64,000 nucleotides of DNA from Polyangiales bacterium (GTDB lineage: Bacteria; Myxococcota_A; Polyangia; Polyangiales; JADJQN01). The DNA is taken from NCBI GenBank assembly GCA_964202905.1, contig CAXNJO010000004.1, positions 512,001 to 576,000 on the forward strand, read 5' to 3'. The notes beneath the pieces were generated by a model, which was not told the DNA's origin, ran no database searches, and was given only the letters and a program-made list of their open reading frames with translations. Of this stretch, positions 10,613 to 19,554 are shown one piece after another; position 1 is the first letter of the stretch; the number at the start of each line of letters is the position of its first letter. A program made the translations under genes and the position numbers.

Positions 10613-11550
10613 TCCAGCTCGTCATCAAACGCGCCGCGTGGGCCGCGGTCGTACTTTTTCTGGTCGTCACGGGCGTGTTCCTGATCGCGAACGCCGTGGG
10701 TGACCCGGCCGCCGCGAACCTCGGCCCGCGCGCGAGCGCCGAGCAGCTGCGCGTGTATCGACGTGCGCACGGCCTCGATCGGCCGCTTTCCGAGCGCTAC
10801 GTGCGCTACCTCGGCGCGCTCGCGCAGGGCGACCTCGGCCGCTCGCTCCGCGACGATCAGCCGGTCACGGCGGTGATTCGCCAGCGCCTCCCGCGCACGG
10901 CCTTGCTCGGGAGCCTCGCGCTCTTCTTCGAGCTGTGCATCGGGCTCGGCTTCGGGATCTTCGCGGCCGTGCGGCGCAACACATGGGTCGACACGGGCGT
11001 GATGTCCGCGGCGTTCGTGGGGGTGTGCCTGCCCTCGTTCGTGACGGGCCCGTTCTTCCTGCGGGAGGTGGCCTTCCGTCTCGGCTGGTTCCCCGTCGGC
11101 GGCTACGGTCGCGACGCGCTCGATCACGTCTACCACGCGGTGCTGCCCGCGCTGACGCTCGCCATCCTCGGCGCCGCGACCTACGCGCGGATGATGCGAA
11201 GCGAGATGATCGAGATGCTGCGCGCCGACTTCGTCCGCACCGCGCGCGCGAAGGGCGCGAGCCCCGTCGCCGTCGTGCTGCGGCATGCGGCGCGCAACGC
11301 GCTCCTGCCCATCGTGACGATGCTCGGGCTGAGCCTGCCGCTGATCGTCACGGGCGCGATCATCACCGAGAAGATCTACGACTGGCCGGGCATCGGTCGG
11401 CTCGCGATCGAGTCCATCGACGCGCTCGACGTGCCCATGATCCTCGGCATCGTGCTGCTCGCGTCGACGACCGTTCAGATCGGCAATTTCTTCGCGGACC
11501 TGGCCGTCGCCGCGCTCGATCCGCGCATCCGCGCGGGCGCGTCGCGCTGA
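10609..11550 (+). CDS. Peptide/nickel ABC transporter permease (DppB/OppB-like)
   Basis: ATGA overlap with SBP stop; GDP, GLDRP, GDLGRS, DFVRTARAKG, LDPRIR. Confidence 0.93.
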   Translation: MIQLVIKRAAWAAVVLFLVVTGVFLIANAVGDPAAANLGPRASAEQLRVYRRAHGLDRPLSERYVRYLGALAQGDLGRSLRDDQPVTAVIRQRLPRTALLGSLALFFELCIGLGFGIFAAVRRNTWVDTGVMSAAFVGVCLPSFVTGPFFLREVAFRLGWFPVGGYGRDALDHVYHAVLPALTLAILGAATYARMMRSEMIEMLRADFVRTARAKGASPVAVVLRHAARNALLPIVTMLGLSLPLIVTGAIITEKIYDWPGIGRLAIESIDALDVPMILGIVLLASTTVQIGNFFADLAVAALDPRIRAGASR

Positions 11551-11616
11551 GCGGCGCCAGGATCAGCGGCGCCAGGATCAGCGGCGCCAGGATCAGCGGC
11601 GCCAGGATCAGCGGCG
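11550..11616. repeat. 15-bp perfect tandem repeat (AGCGGCGCCAGGATC) x4 plus 7 bp
   Basis: Copies at 11550, 11565, 11580, 11595, partial at 11610; fills the gap between convergent genes. Confidence 0.95.
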
Positions 11617-12549
11617 ATGGCGGAGGAGCCAGTCGGCGACGAGGGTCGGCCACGCGTCGTTGAAGACCGGGATGTGCGAGCCGTCCGCGATCGTCCAGAG
11701 CTCCGCGTCGAGCCCCGCCGCGCAGCCCGAGCGCCACTGTTCGACCGAGGTCTCCTCGCCCGCGAGCGCGTCGACGAGGTCGAGGGGCGCGGCCACCGCC
11801 GAACCGGCGACGTCACAGCCGTTGCGACCGGCCCAGCGCACGACGGCGTCGCGCGCCGACGGGTACCCCGGCGTGCCGGCGACGTCCACCGAGGCGTCGA
11901 GCGTGCCGTGCACCTGCAGCACGGAGACGCCCTGCGAGGGGACGCAGTCCATGTCCGTACGGAAATCGGCGCCCGCGAGGCTGACGATCGCCGTGATGCG
12001 CTCGGGGATCTCGCAGGCCATGCGGTAGCTCATGAAGCCGCCGTTCGAATGGCCGTAGAAGTACACGCGCGAGGTGTCGACGGGCACGAGCGACTCGGCC
12101 TCGTCGAGCAGCGACGTGAGGTACGCGACGTCGTCGACGGGGCTGCCTCCGAAGTTGCAGCACGCCGGCGTCGCGTTCCAAAAGCGGTTGCCCTCGGCGT
12201 CGATCGTGCCGTCCGGGAGGATGAGGTAATAGCCGCGCGCGCGCGCCGTCGCGGTCGCGCGGAAGTAGAGGTCCTGCGCGCCCGCGGTCGCTGAATAGCC
12301 GTGCAGCAGCACGACGAGCGGCAACGGGGTGACACCATCGTGCGCGGGGGGCACCACGAACTCGGCGCGTCGCTCCGGCGGGCCGAGCCTCCGCGGCACG
12401 ACCGGGCCGGCGTCGAGCTCGGGGCCCGCGTCGGTGCCCGCGTCCGGAGCGGGCCCCGCATCGGGCGATGCTGGCGCGTCGTCGCCGCACGCGGCGAGCA
12501 GGACGAGGAGCGAGACGAACAGCGGGAGCGGGCGGAGGGCGTGGCGCAC
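11608..12549 (-). CDS. Lipoprotein esterase, PHB-depolymerase/LpqC-like alpha/beta hydrolase
   Basis: Lipobox LAAC; PLVVLLHGY, WNATPACC, DDVAYL, GHSNGGFM, HGTLD, GSHIP. Confidence 0.88.
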   Translation of the reverse strand: MRHALRPLPLFVSLLVLLAACGDDAPASPDAGPAPDAGTDAGPELDAGPVVPRRLGPPERRAEFVVPPAHDGVTPLPLVVLLHGYSATAGAQDLYFRATATARARGYYLILPDGTIDAEGNRFWNATPACCNFGGSPVDDVAYLTSLLDEAESLVPVDTSRVYFYGHSNGGFMSYRMACEIPERITAIVSLAGADFRTDMDCVPSQGVSVLQVHGTLDASVDVAGTPGYPSARDAVVRWAGRNGCDVAGSAVAAPLDLVDALAGEETSVEQWRSGCAAGLDAELWTIADGSHIPVFNDAWPTLVADWLLRHRR

Positions 12550-12604
12550 GGCGCATCGTGCGCAAGTCCCGCGCGGATTTCCAGCGCGGCGCGCGCCCGC
12601 GCGG

Positions 12605-12988
12605 TCAGTCGACGAGCGCGACGAGCTCGATCTCGACCCGCGCGTCACGCGGGAGCCGCGCGACCTGCACCGTCGAGCGCGCGGGCGGCGCGGTGACGAA
12701 GTACGTCGCGTACACCGCGTTGACGGCCGCGAAATCGTTCAGATCCGCGAGGAACATCGTCGTCTTGACGACGCGCTCGAACGAACTGCCGCCCGCCGCG
12801 AGCACGGCGCGCAGGTTCTCGAGCACGCGCGTCGCCTGCGCGGCGACGTCGCCCGCGATCATCTCGCCCGTCGCGGGGTCGAGCGGGATCTGGCCCGCGG
12901 TGAAGAGGAAGCCGTTCGCGCGGATGGCCTGCGCGTAGGGGCCGATGGCCGCGGGGGCCTCCTTGGTGTCGATGACCGTGCGCGACAT
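12605..12988 (-). CDS. ridA: RidA/YjgF family enamine deaminase
   Basis: APAAIGPYAQA, AGQIPLDP, VVKTTMFL, PARSTVQVARLP, VEIE. Confidence 0.93.
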   Translation of the reverse strand: MSRTVIDTKEAPAAIGPYAQAIRANGFLFTAGQIPLDPATGEMIAGDVAAQATRVLENLRAVLAAGGSSFERVVKTTMFLADLNDFAAVNAVYATYFVTAPPARSTVQVARLPRDARVEIELVALVD

Positions 12989-13037
12989 GTCGTTCTCCCG
13001 ATGGCGAAGGGCGGCCGAAAATAGCACCATCGCGCGC

Positions 13038-13814
13038 ATGTCGATTACCGTCGTGACCTGGAACGTCAACTCGATCCGCGCACGGCTCGATCGCCTGCTC
13101 GCGTTCCTCGCGCGGCACTCGCCCGACGCGGTGTGCCTCCAGGAGTTGAAGATCGACGACGCGCAGTTCCCCTTCGTCGAGCTGCGCGCGGCCGGCTACC
13201 ACGCGGTCATCGCGGGGCAGAAAACGTACAACGGCGTCGCGATCCTCGCGAAGGAGGAGCCCACCGACGTGCTGCGCGGGCTCGACGACGGCGAGGACGA
13301 CCCGCAGGCGCGCCTCATCGCCGCGACCGTGCGCGGGGTGCGGATCGCGAGCGCCTACTTCCCGAACGGCGGCGAGCCGACCTCGCCTAAATACCCCTAC
13401 AAACTCGCGTGGATGCGGCGCTTGCGGCGCTGGCTCGATCGGCACGTCGACCCCGCCGCACCGTTCGTGCTCGGCGGCGACTACAACGTCGCGCCCGAGG
13501 ACCTCGACATCAAGAACCCCGAGCACTGGCGCGACACCGTCCTCGCGAACGACGACGTGCGGGCCGCGCTCGCGGCGATCCGCGCGTTCGGGCTCGAGGA
13601 CGTGTTCCGCAAGCACCACCCGGGCGAGGCCATCTACTCGTGGTGGGACTACCGCATGCTCGGCTTCCCGAAGAACGACGGACTGCGCATCGATCATCTC
13701 TACGCGACGCCCGCCCTCGCCGCGCGCTCGGAGCAGGCCTTCGTCGATCGCGAGGAGCGCAAGGGCAAGCAGGCGAGCGACCACGCGCCCGTGTTCGCGG
13801 TCTTCTCGGAGTGA
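13038..13814 (+). CDS. xth: Exodeoxyribonuclease III
   Basis: TWNVNSIRAR, CLQELK, YNGVAIL, YFPNG, GDYNVAP, YSWWDYR, GLRIDH, SDHAPV. Confidence 0.96.
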   Translation: MSITVVTWNVNSIRARLDRLLAFLARHSPDAVCLQELKIDDAQFPFVELRAAGYHAVIAGQKTYNGVAILAKEEPTDVLRGLDDGEDDPQARLIAATVRGVRIASAYFPNGGEPTSPKYPYKLAWMRRLRRWLDRHVDPAAPFVLGGDYNVAPEDLDIKNPEHWRDTVLANDDVRAALAAIRAFGLEDVFRKHHPGEAIYSWWDYRMLGFPKNDGLRIDHLYATPALAARSEQAFVDREERKGKQASDHAPVFAVFSE

Positions 13815-14326
13815 ACGACGCCCGGCGCGGCGCGCACGACGGGCACGCGACGGCCACGACCCCAACCACGACGCGTTCGCGGCGCACACGGTGGGTCGGC
13901 GCCGCGGTCGGGGCCGCGCTGCTCGTCGGCGTCGCCTTCGGCGTCGACCGCGCGACGGCCTTCGACGCGGACGACGCCGTGCGTGTCAGCGAGGACCGCG
14001 TGCGCTGGCGCCGCTGGATCGCGCCGCGCGACGCGCCCGCCCTGCTCGCCGCGGCCTGGCACGCGCGCCGCGCAGGCGACCTCGACGCGGCGTGGCGTGG
14101 ATTGCGCTGGGCGGAGGCGCGGGGCATCTCGAAGGCCCCCGCGGAGGAGCTGCGCGCCGAGCTCGCGGCCGAGCAAGGCGACTGCGCCGCCGCACGCGCC
14201 GCGTTCGATCGGGCGCTGCGCGCGCGCGCCCTGCTCGCCCTCGACGCGCCGACCGAGCGCCTCGCGCTCGGCGGCTACCGCCTCCCGCCCACGTTGCTGC
14301 GTCGCTGCGCGCTCGACGACCCGTGA
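13811..14326 (+). CDS. Hypothetical membrane-anchored protein, possible TPR-like helices
   Basis: GTGA overlap with xth stop; one TM segment then an Ala/Arg-rich helical region. Confidence 0.55.
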   Translation: MNDARRGAHDGHATATTPTTTRSRRTRWVGAAVGAALLVGVAFGVDRATAFDADDAVRVSEDRVRWRRWIAPRDAPALLAAAWHARRAGDLDAAWRGLRWAEARGISKAPAEELRAELAAEQGDCAAARAAFDRALRARALLALDAPTERLALGGYRLPPTLLRRCALDDP

Positions 14327-14366
14327 GCGCCGGCCCGGCGTCGCGACTTGGGCACGGCCCCCACCG

Positions 14367-15149
14367 TCACTCGCCGCGGAACACCGCGGGCCGGCGCGCG
14401 AGGAAGGCCGCCATGCCCTCCTTCTGGTCGGCCGTGTGGAAGCAGTGCGCGAACGCCTCGATCTCGAGGTCGTTCGCCTGCGCGAGCGGCAGCATCTCGC
14501 CCTCGCGGATCACGCGCTTGGCGGCCGCGACGGCGAGCGGCCCCATCTCAGCGATCGTGCGGGCGGCCTCGTACGTCTTCGGGAGCAGCTCGTCGTGCGG
14601 CAGGACGCGGTTCACGAGCCCGATGCGGAGCGCCTCGTGCGCGTCGATCATCGCCCCCGTGAAGACGAGCTCGCGCGCCATCGCGACGCCCACGCGGCGC
14701 AACAACCGCTGCGTGCCGCCAAAGCCCGGGATGACGCCGAGCTTCACCTCGGGCTGACCGAGCTTCGCGCGGTCGCTCGCGTAGATGAAGTCGCAGGCAA
14801 GCGCGAGCTCGCAGCCGCCCCCGAGCGCGAAGCCGTTGACCGCCGCGATCACCGGCAACGGCAGGGCCTCGAGCGCGCCGCCGAGCAGGTGCCCGAGGCT
14901 CGCGAAGTCGGCGGCCTCACCCGTGCCCATGTGCTCCATCGCGGCGATGTCGGCGCCGGCGACGAAGGCCTTTCCCTCGCCCGTGAGGACGAGGCAGCGG
15001 AACTCGTCGGCGCGACGCGCGATCTCGGCGACGGCGTCGCTGAGCTCGGCGATGACCTCGGGCGAGAGCGCGTTGAGGCGATCGGGGCGCGCGATCGTGA
15101 TCGTGGCGACCGCGCCGTCGTGCGTGAGCCGGACGAACGCGCGCGTCAC
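14367..15149 (-). CDS. crt: Enoyl-CoA hydratase/crotonase
   Basis: RPDRLNAL, AFVAGADI, AVNGFALGGGCELALACD, GQPEVKLGVIPGFGGTQRL. Confidence 0.93.
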   Translation of the reverse strand: MTRAFVRLTHDGAVATITIARPDRLNALSPEVIAELSDAVAEIARRADEFRCLVLTGEGKAFVAGADIAAMEHMGTGEAADFASLGHLLGGALEALPLPVIAAVNGFALGGGCELALACDFIYASDRAKLGQPEVKLGVIPGFGGTQRLLRRVGVAMARELVFTGAMIDAHEALRIGLVNRVLPHDELLPKTYEAARTIAEMGPLAVAAAKRVIREGEMLPLAQANDLEIEAFAHCFHTADQKEGMAAFLARRPAVFRGE

Positions 15150-16012
15150 GCCTTCTTCTCCGCGTAGTCGTAGAAGCCGCGGCCCGACTTGCGACCGAGC
15201 CAACCCGCGGCGACGTAGTTCCGCAGGATCGTGGGCGGGCGGTACTTGTCGTCGCCGAACTCGCGGTGCAGCACCTCGGCGATCGAGAGCACGGTGTCGA
15301 GGCCGATGAGGTCGGCGAGCTCGCAGGGTCCCATCGGATGGTTGAGCCCGAGCTTCGCGCCGTTGTCGATGTCCTCCGCGGTGCCGAGGCCTTCCTGCAG
15401 GGCGAAGCACGCCTCGTTCAGGAAGGGGATGAGCATCCGGTTGACGATGAAGCCGGGGACGTCCTTCGCGGTGATGAGCGTCTTGCCCATGCGCAGCGCG
15501 AGCTCGCGCGTCGTCTCGTACGTCGCGTCGCTCGTCTGCAACGCGCGCACGATCTCGACGAGCTTCATGACCGGCACGGGGTTCATGAAGTGCATGCCGA
15601 TCACGTTCGCCGGGCGCTTCACCGCGCCGGCGAGCTTCGTGAGAGAGATCGAGGAGGTGTTGCTCGCGAGGATCGCGTGCGGCGCGAGGACCGCGTCCGC
15701 CTGCTGGAAGATCTTCAGCTTCAGCTCGGTGACCTCCGTCGCCGCCTCGACGACGTAGTCGCACGCCGACAAATCGGCGTAGTCGCCGACCGGGGTGAGC
15801 CGCGCGAGGATGCGGTCGCGCTCGGCGCCCTCGAGCTTGCCGCGCTCGACCTGCCGCGCGAGATCCTTGCCGATCCGCGCGACGCCCTGCTCCGCCTGCG
15901 CGAGCGTAGCGTCGAGCAACCGGACGTCGAAGCCCGACTGCGCCGCGACCTGCGCGACTCCGCGTCCCATCTGGCCCGCGCCGATCACGCCGAACACATG
16001 AATCTCCGCCAT
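15146..16012 (-). CDS. hbd: 3-hydroxybutyryl-CoA dehydrogenase
   Basis: GAGQMG, VEAATE, ASNTSS, GMHFMNPVPVMKLVE, PGFIVNR, HPMGP, GRKSGRGFY. Confidence 0.95.
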   Translation of the reverse strand: MAEIHVFGVIGAGQMGRGVAQVAAQSGFDVRLLDATLAQAEQGVARIGKDLARQVERGKLEGAERDRILARLTPVGDYADLSACDYVVEAATEVTELKLKIFQQADAVLAPHAILASNTSSISLTKLAGAVKRPANVIGMHFMNPVPVMKLVEIVRALQTSDATYETTRELALRMGKTLITAKDVPGFIVNRMLIPFLNEACFALQEGLGTAEDIDNGAKLGLNHPMGPCELADLIGLDTVLSIAEVLHREFGDDKYRPPTILRNYVAAGWLGRKSGRGFYDYAEKKA

Positions 16013-16119
16013 CGGTTCACCTCGAATGGCGACGGGGTTAGCGCGGGGACCGAGCGCGTCAAGGCGCGGTGCGTCAGCGCCAGCGGCCTCCGTGGCCGCG
16101 CAGAGTCCGCCCGTCGACG

Positions 16120-18048
16120 TCAGGTCGTGACGCGCGCGCGCAGGCGCCGCGGGGCTTCATAACGGGCCCAGCGCTGGTCGTCCTCGCGGCGGAGGCGGAC
16201 GCGCGCCGCGTAGGCGCCCGGCTCGCCCTCGAGCGCCTGCTCGAGCTCCTCGACGTCCATGTAGAGCGCGTCCTCCGGCGTCTCGAGGACGCCCGCGTCG
16301 CAGAGCCGTTCCCCCGCGACGACCGCCGCCTCGCGCAAGCGCAGCAGCCCGAGCGCGAGGGCTTCGGCGACCTCTCCCTTCGCGTCGGCGAGCCCCGAGA
16401 GCACGAGGGCGACCGCACGCACGACGGCCTCGCGGCTCCGCCCGAACGCGCGGCCCCGCGCGGTGTCGCCGAGCCTGCGTACGGCGGCGCGGCGCGCTTC
16501 CTCGCGCGCGTCGTGATCGCCGTGCGGCTCACCCGATGCGCGCGCCGCGAGCGTCGCCGCGAGCGTCGCGTCGGACTCGCCCCAGGCGCGCGGCGTGATG
16601 TCGAGGCCGAGCGCGCGGACGCCGGCGACGGCGCGGCGCGTCTCGTCCCACTGACGCCGCAGGCTTGGCGGCAGGGCCGTCACCGGGGTGCTTGACGCGA
16701 TCGAGGCGTCGCGCAGCGCGGCGGCGAGGCGGTCGAGGCGCTCGTCGGCGCGACGGCGGTCCCGCGTCGCGCGGGGCGCGGCAAGCGCGATGTATGCGTC
16801 GCGCGGGAGCTCGCCCGCTGCGGCCTCGACCGCGGGCAGCGCGGCGAGCGTCGCGACGCGCGCGCGGTCGAGCAGCACGAGCGCGTCGACGACGAGTTGC
16901 TGCCGCTCGCGGATCTGCGTGACGAGGCCCGGATCGCTGAGGCGGCGGAGGTCGATGGCGTCCGCCCGCGCGAGGCGCGCGGCGAGCTCACGGGCGAAGC
17001 GGCGCGCGGCGGCGAGCGGGGAGGCGACGTCCCCGGCGACCCGCGCTGCGTCGCGGCCGGCGCGCGCGAGCGGCGAGCCGGGGAGCGTCGCGAGCGCCGC
17101 ACCGACGCCGGGGAGGCCGTCGATGCGCTTGTAGGGGCGCGCATACACACGCCGCACGCGCGGCTCGTCGGTAGCCGCGTCGTCGCGCCCGAGGGCCTTG
17201 TCGATCGCGTCGACGGCGAGCGGGGCGACGGTGCCCTCGTCCTCGGCCATGAGCGCCACGCGACGGTAGGCCGCCCCCGTGAAGCGAGGCACGAGCGGGA
17301 GCTCGCGCGCCGACGCCACGTACATGCGCCCGTCGGCCACGACCCAGCGCACCTCGACGGGGCGACCGAGCGCGAGTTGCGCGCGATCGACGAGATCGGC
17401 CGCGCGCGCAGCACGATCGTCGTCGAGGGGCGCGTCGCCTTCGAGCGTGAGGCGCATCGTGCGGCGGTCGACGATCCATGGCCGCGCACCGTCCGTCCAG
17501 ACGGCGACCATGTCCGGATCGCCGTCGCCCGGGTCCGCGCTCGCGGCCGTCCCGGACGTCGCGACCCCTTCGCGCTCCGCGCCCACGAGCGACACGCGCG
17601 CGAACACGCCGTCGAGGACGCCGGCACGGGAGGCGCCGTGGCCGAGCGAGCGCGTGAGCGCGCGTGCGATCGCCTCCGAGACGGCGTCCGCGGAGGCGTC
17701 GTCGGTCACCTCCGGAAGTCGCGGGAAATCTCGGCCGAAGCGCGACTGCGCGTCACGCGACGCGAACCACGCGCCCACCGTCACGCGACCGCTGCCCCCA
17801 TGCCCGCGGGACCACGCGAGCGCGGTGCGCAGAACCGCCGCCAGCGCGTCCGTCCCGGGCGCCGCCCCACCTTCGTCCGCACACGGGACGACCCAGCCGC
17901 CGGCGAGAGGAATCCCCGCCTCGGCGAGCCGCGCGAGCCACTCGGCCTCGTCGCCGAGCGCCGACCCGTCGCTGGCGCGCAGGGCGGGGAGCCAACGCAC
18001 CCCGCGTGGGAGGTTCCCCGGAGGTGCCTCGAGCGAGGGCCGTGACAT
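16120..18048 (-). CDS. Degenerate PEP-synthase/rifampin-phosphotransferase-like protein lacking the His swivel domain
   Basis: [41 protein letters not shown] and [24 protein letters not shown] echo PPDK_N and RPH middle-domain consensus. Confidence 0.65.
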   Translation of the reverse strand: MSRPSLEAPPGNLPRGVRWLPALRASDGSALGDEAEWLARLAEAGIPLAGGWVVPCADEGGAAPGTDALAAVLRTALAWSRGHGGSGRVTVGAWFASRDAQSRFGRDFPRLPEVTDDASADAVSEAIARALTRSLGHGASRAGVLDGVFARVSLVGAEREGVATSGTAASADPGDGDPDMVAVWTDGARPWIVDRRTMRLTLEGDAPLDDDRAARAADLVDRAQLALGRPVEVRWVVADGRMYVASARELPLVPRFTGAAYRRVALMAEDEGTVAPLAVDAIDKALGRDDAATDEPRVRRVYARPYKRIDGLPGVGAALATLPGSPLARAGRDAARVAGDVASPLAAARRFARELAARLARADAIDLRRLSDPGLVTQIRERQQLVVDALVLLDRARVATLAALPAVEAAAGELPRDAYIALAAPRATRDRRRADERLDRLAAALRDASIASSTPVTALPPSLRRQWDETRRAVAGVRALGLDITPRAWGESDATLAATLAARASGEPHGDHDAREEARRAAVRRLGDTARGRAFGRSREAVVRAVALVLSGLADAKGEVAEALALGLLRLREAAVVAGERLCDAGVLETPEDALYMDVEELEQALEGEPGAYAARVRLRREDDQRWARYEAPRRLRARVTT

Positions 18049-18130
18049 CCGCGCGGACCGTAGCGCGGAACCGCGACGATCCGCCAGCGTCACCGCGGGC
18101 CCGGCGCAGCCGCCGGGCCGAGGTGCGTGC

Positions 18131-19312
18131 TCAGCCGATGCGCTCGACGAGCACCGCGACGGCCTCGCCGCCGCCGATGCAGAGCGTCGCGAGGCCGCGC
18201 TTCGCGGCGCGGTCCTCGAGGGCGTGCAGCAGCGTGACGAGCACGCGCGCGCCGCTCGCCCCGATCGGGTGGCCAAGCGCCACGGCGCCGCCGCGGACGT
18301 TCACCTTCGCCGCGTCGAGGCCGACCTTCTCGATCGCGGCCATCGCGACGACGGCGAAGGCCTCGTTGACCTCGTAGAGGTCGACGTCGCCGGCCTGCAA
18401 TCCGGCGCGCGCGAGCGTCACCTGGATCGCGCCAACCGGCGCGGTCGTGAACCACTCGGGCGCCTGCGCGTGGCCGCCGTAAGCGGTGATCTTCGCGATC
18501 GGCTTGAGGCCGTGGCGCGCGACCGCCTCGCCCGAGGCGAGGACCAGCGCGGCGGCGCCGTCGTTGATCTTCGAGGCGTTCGCCGCCGTGACGGTGCCAT
18601 CCTTGGAGAAGGCAGGGCGCAGGCCGGCCATCTTGTCGGCGTTGCCGCGCTTCGGCTCCTCGTCCTCGGCGACGACGACGTCACCCTTGCGGCTGCTCAC
18701 GGTGACGGGCGCGATCTCGCGGGCGAAGGCGCCCTCGGCCTGCGCGGCGAGCGCGCGGCGGTAGCTCTCCCGCGCGAACGCGTCCTGCGCCTCGCGCGTG
18801 AACCCGAGCTCGCGGGCGCAGAGGTCGCCGGCGTTGCCCATCGGGAAGTTGCCGTACGGGTCCCACAGGCCGTCGGCCATCATCGAGTCCACGACCTCGC
18901 CGTGCCCCATGCGGAAGCCGCCACGCGCCTTCGGCAGGAGATAAGGGGCGTTCGTCATCGACTCCATACCGCCCGCCACGACGATGTCGGCGTCGCCGAG
19001 CAGGATGGACTTCGCGCCGAAGATCACAGCCTGCAGACCGGAGCCGCACACCTTGCCGACGGTCGTCGCCGGGGTCTTGTCGGGGATACCCGCGTACTTC
19101 GCGGCCTGCCGCGCGGGGGCCTGGCCGACACCGCCGGTCAGCACGTTGCCCATGAACGTTTCGTCGACGTGCTCCGCGGCGACGCCAGCGCGCTCGAGCG
19201 CGGCCTTGATCGCCACGGCGCCGAGGCGCGGGGCGCTCAGTTCCGCGAACGCTCCCTGAAACGAGGCGATGGGCGTACGGGCCGAGCCGACGATGAACAC
19301 TTCACGAACCAT
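18131..19312 (-). CDS. atoB: Acetyl-CoA C-acetyltransferase (thiolase)
   Basis: [54 protein letters not shown]. Confidence 0.94.
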   Translation of the reverse strand: MVREVFIVGSARTPIASFQGAFAELSAPRLGAVAIKAALERAGVAAEHVDETFMGNVLTGGVGQAPARQAAKYAGIPDKTPATTVGKVCGSGLQAVIFGAKSILLGDADIVVAGGMESMTNAPYLLPKARGGFRMGHGEVVDSMMADGLWDPYGNFPMGNAGDLCARELGFTREAQDAFARESYRRALAAQAEGAFAREIAPVTVSSRKGDVVVAEDEEPKRGNADKMAGLRPAFSKDGTVTAANASKINDGAAALVLASGEAVARHGLKPIAKITAYGGHAQAPEWFTTAPVGAIQVTLARAGLQAGDVDLYEVNEAFAVVAMAAIEKVGLDAAKVNVRGGAVALGHPIGASGARVLVTLLHALEDRAAKRGLATLCIGGGEAVAVLVERIG

Positions 19313-19554
19313 GGTGAGCCTCCTCTGGACACGGCGCGCTCCCGACGCGGGCCGCGGGTCGGCGCGTCTTTGGCGTGCGCGCGGCAGGCTGTCAACCGCG
19401 GGGCTTGCAGCCCACGGCGACGGTCAGGGAGGTCGAACGAGGCATCGCGTCGGGATCCCGGAGCGAGCCACGCACGGCCTCCCAGGAACGGCGAGGACGC
19501 ACATCGGCGAGCGCGAGCAAGGAGGCCCCCGCCCATCGTTCGCGTCCGACGCCG

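Noticed and set aside
11550..11616. CRISPR array
   Set aside because: Head-to-tail 15-mers, no spacers, no cas genes
19313..19554. Small gene or RNA upstream of the thiolase
   Set aside because: No convincing ORF or structure; only a TTGACA on the minus strand (19390-19395) without a clear -10
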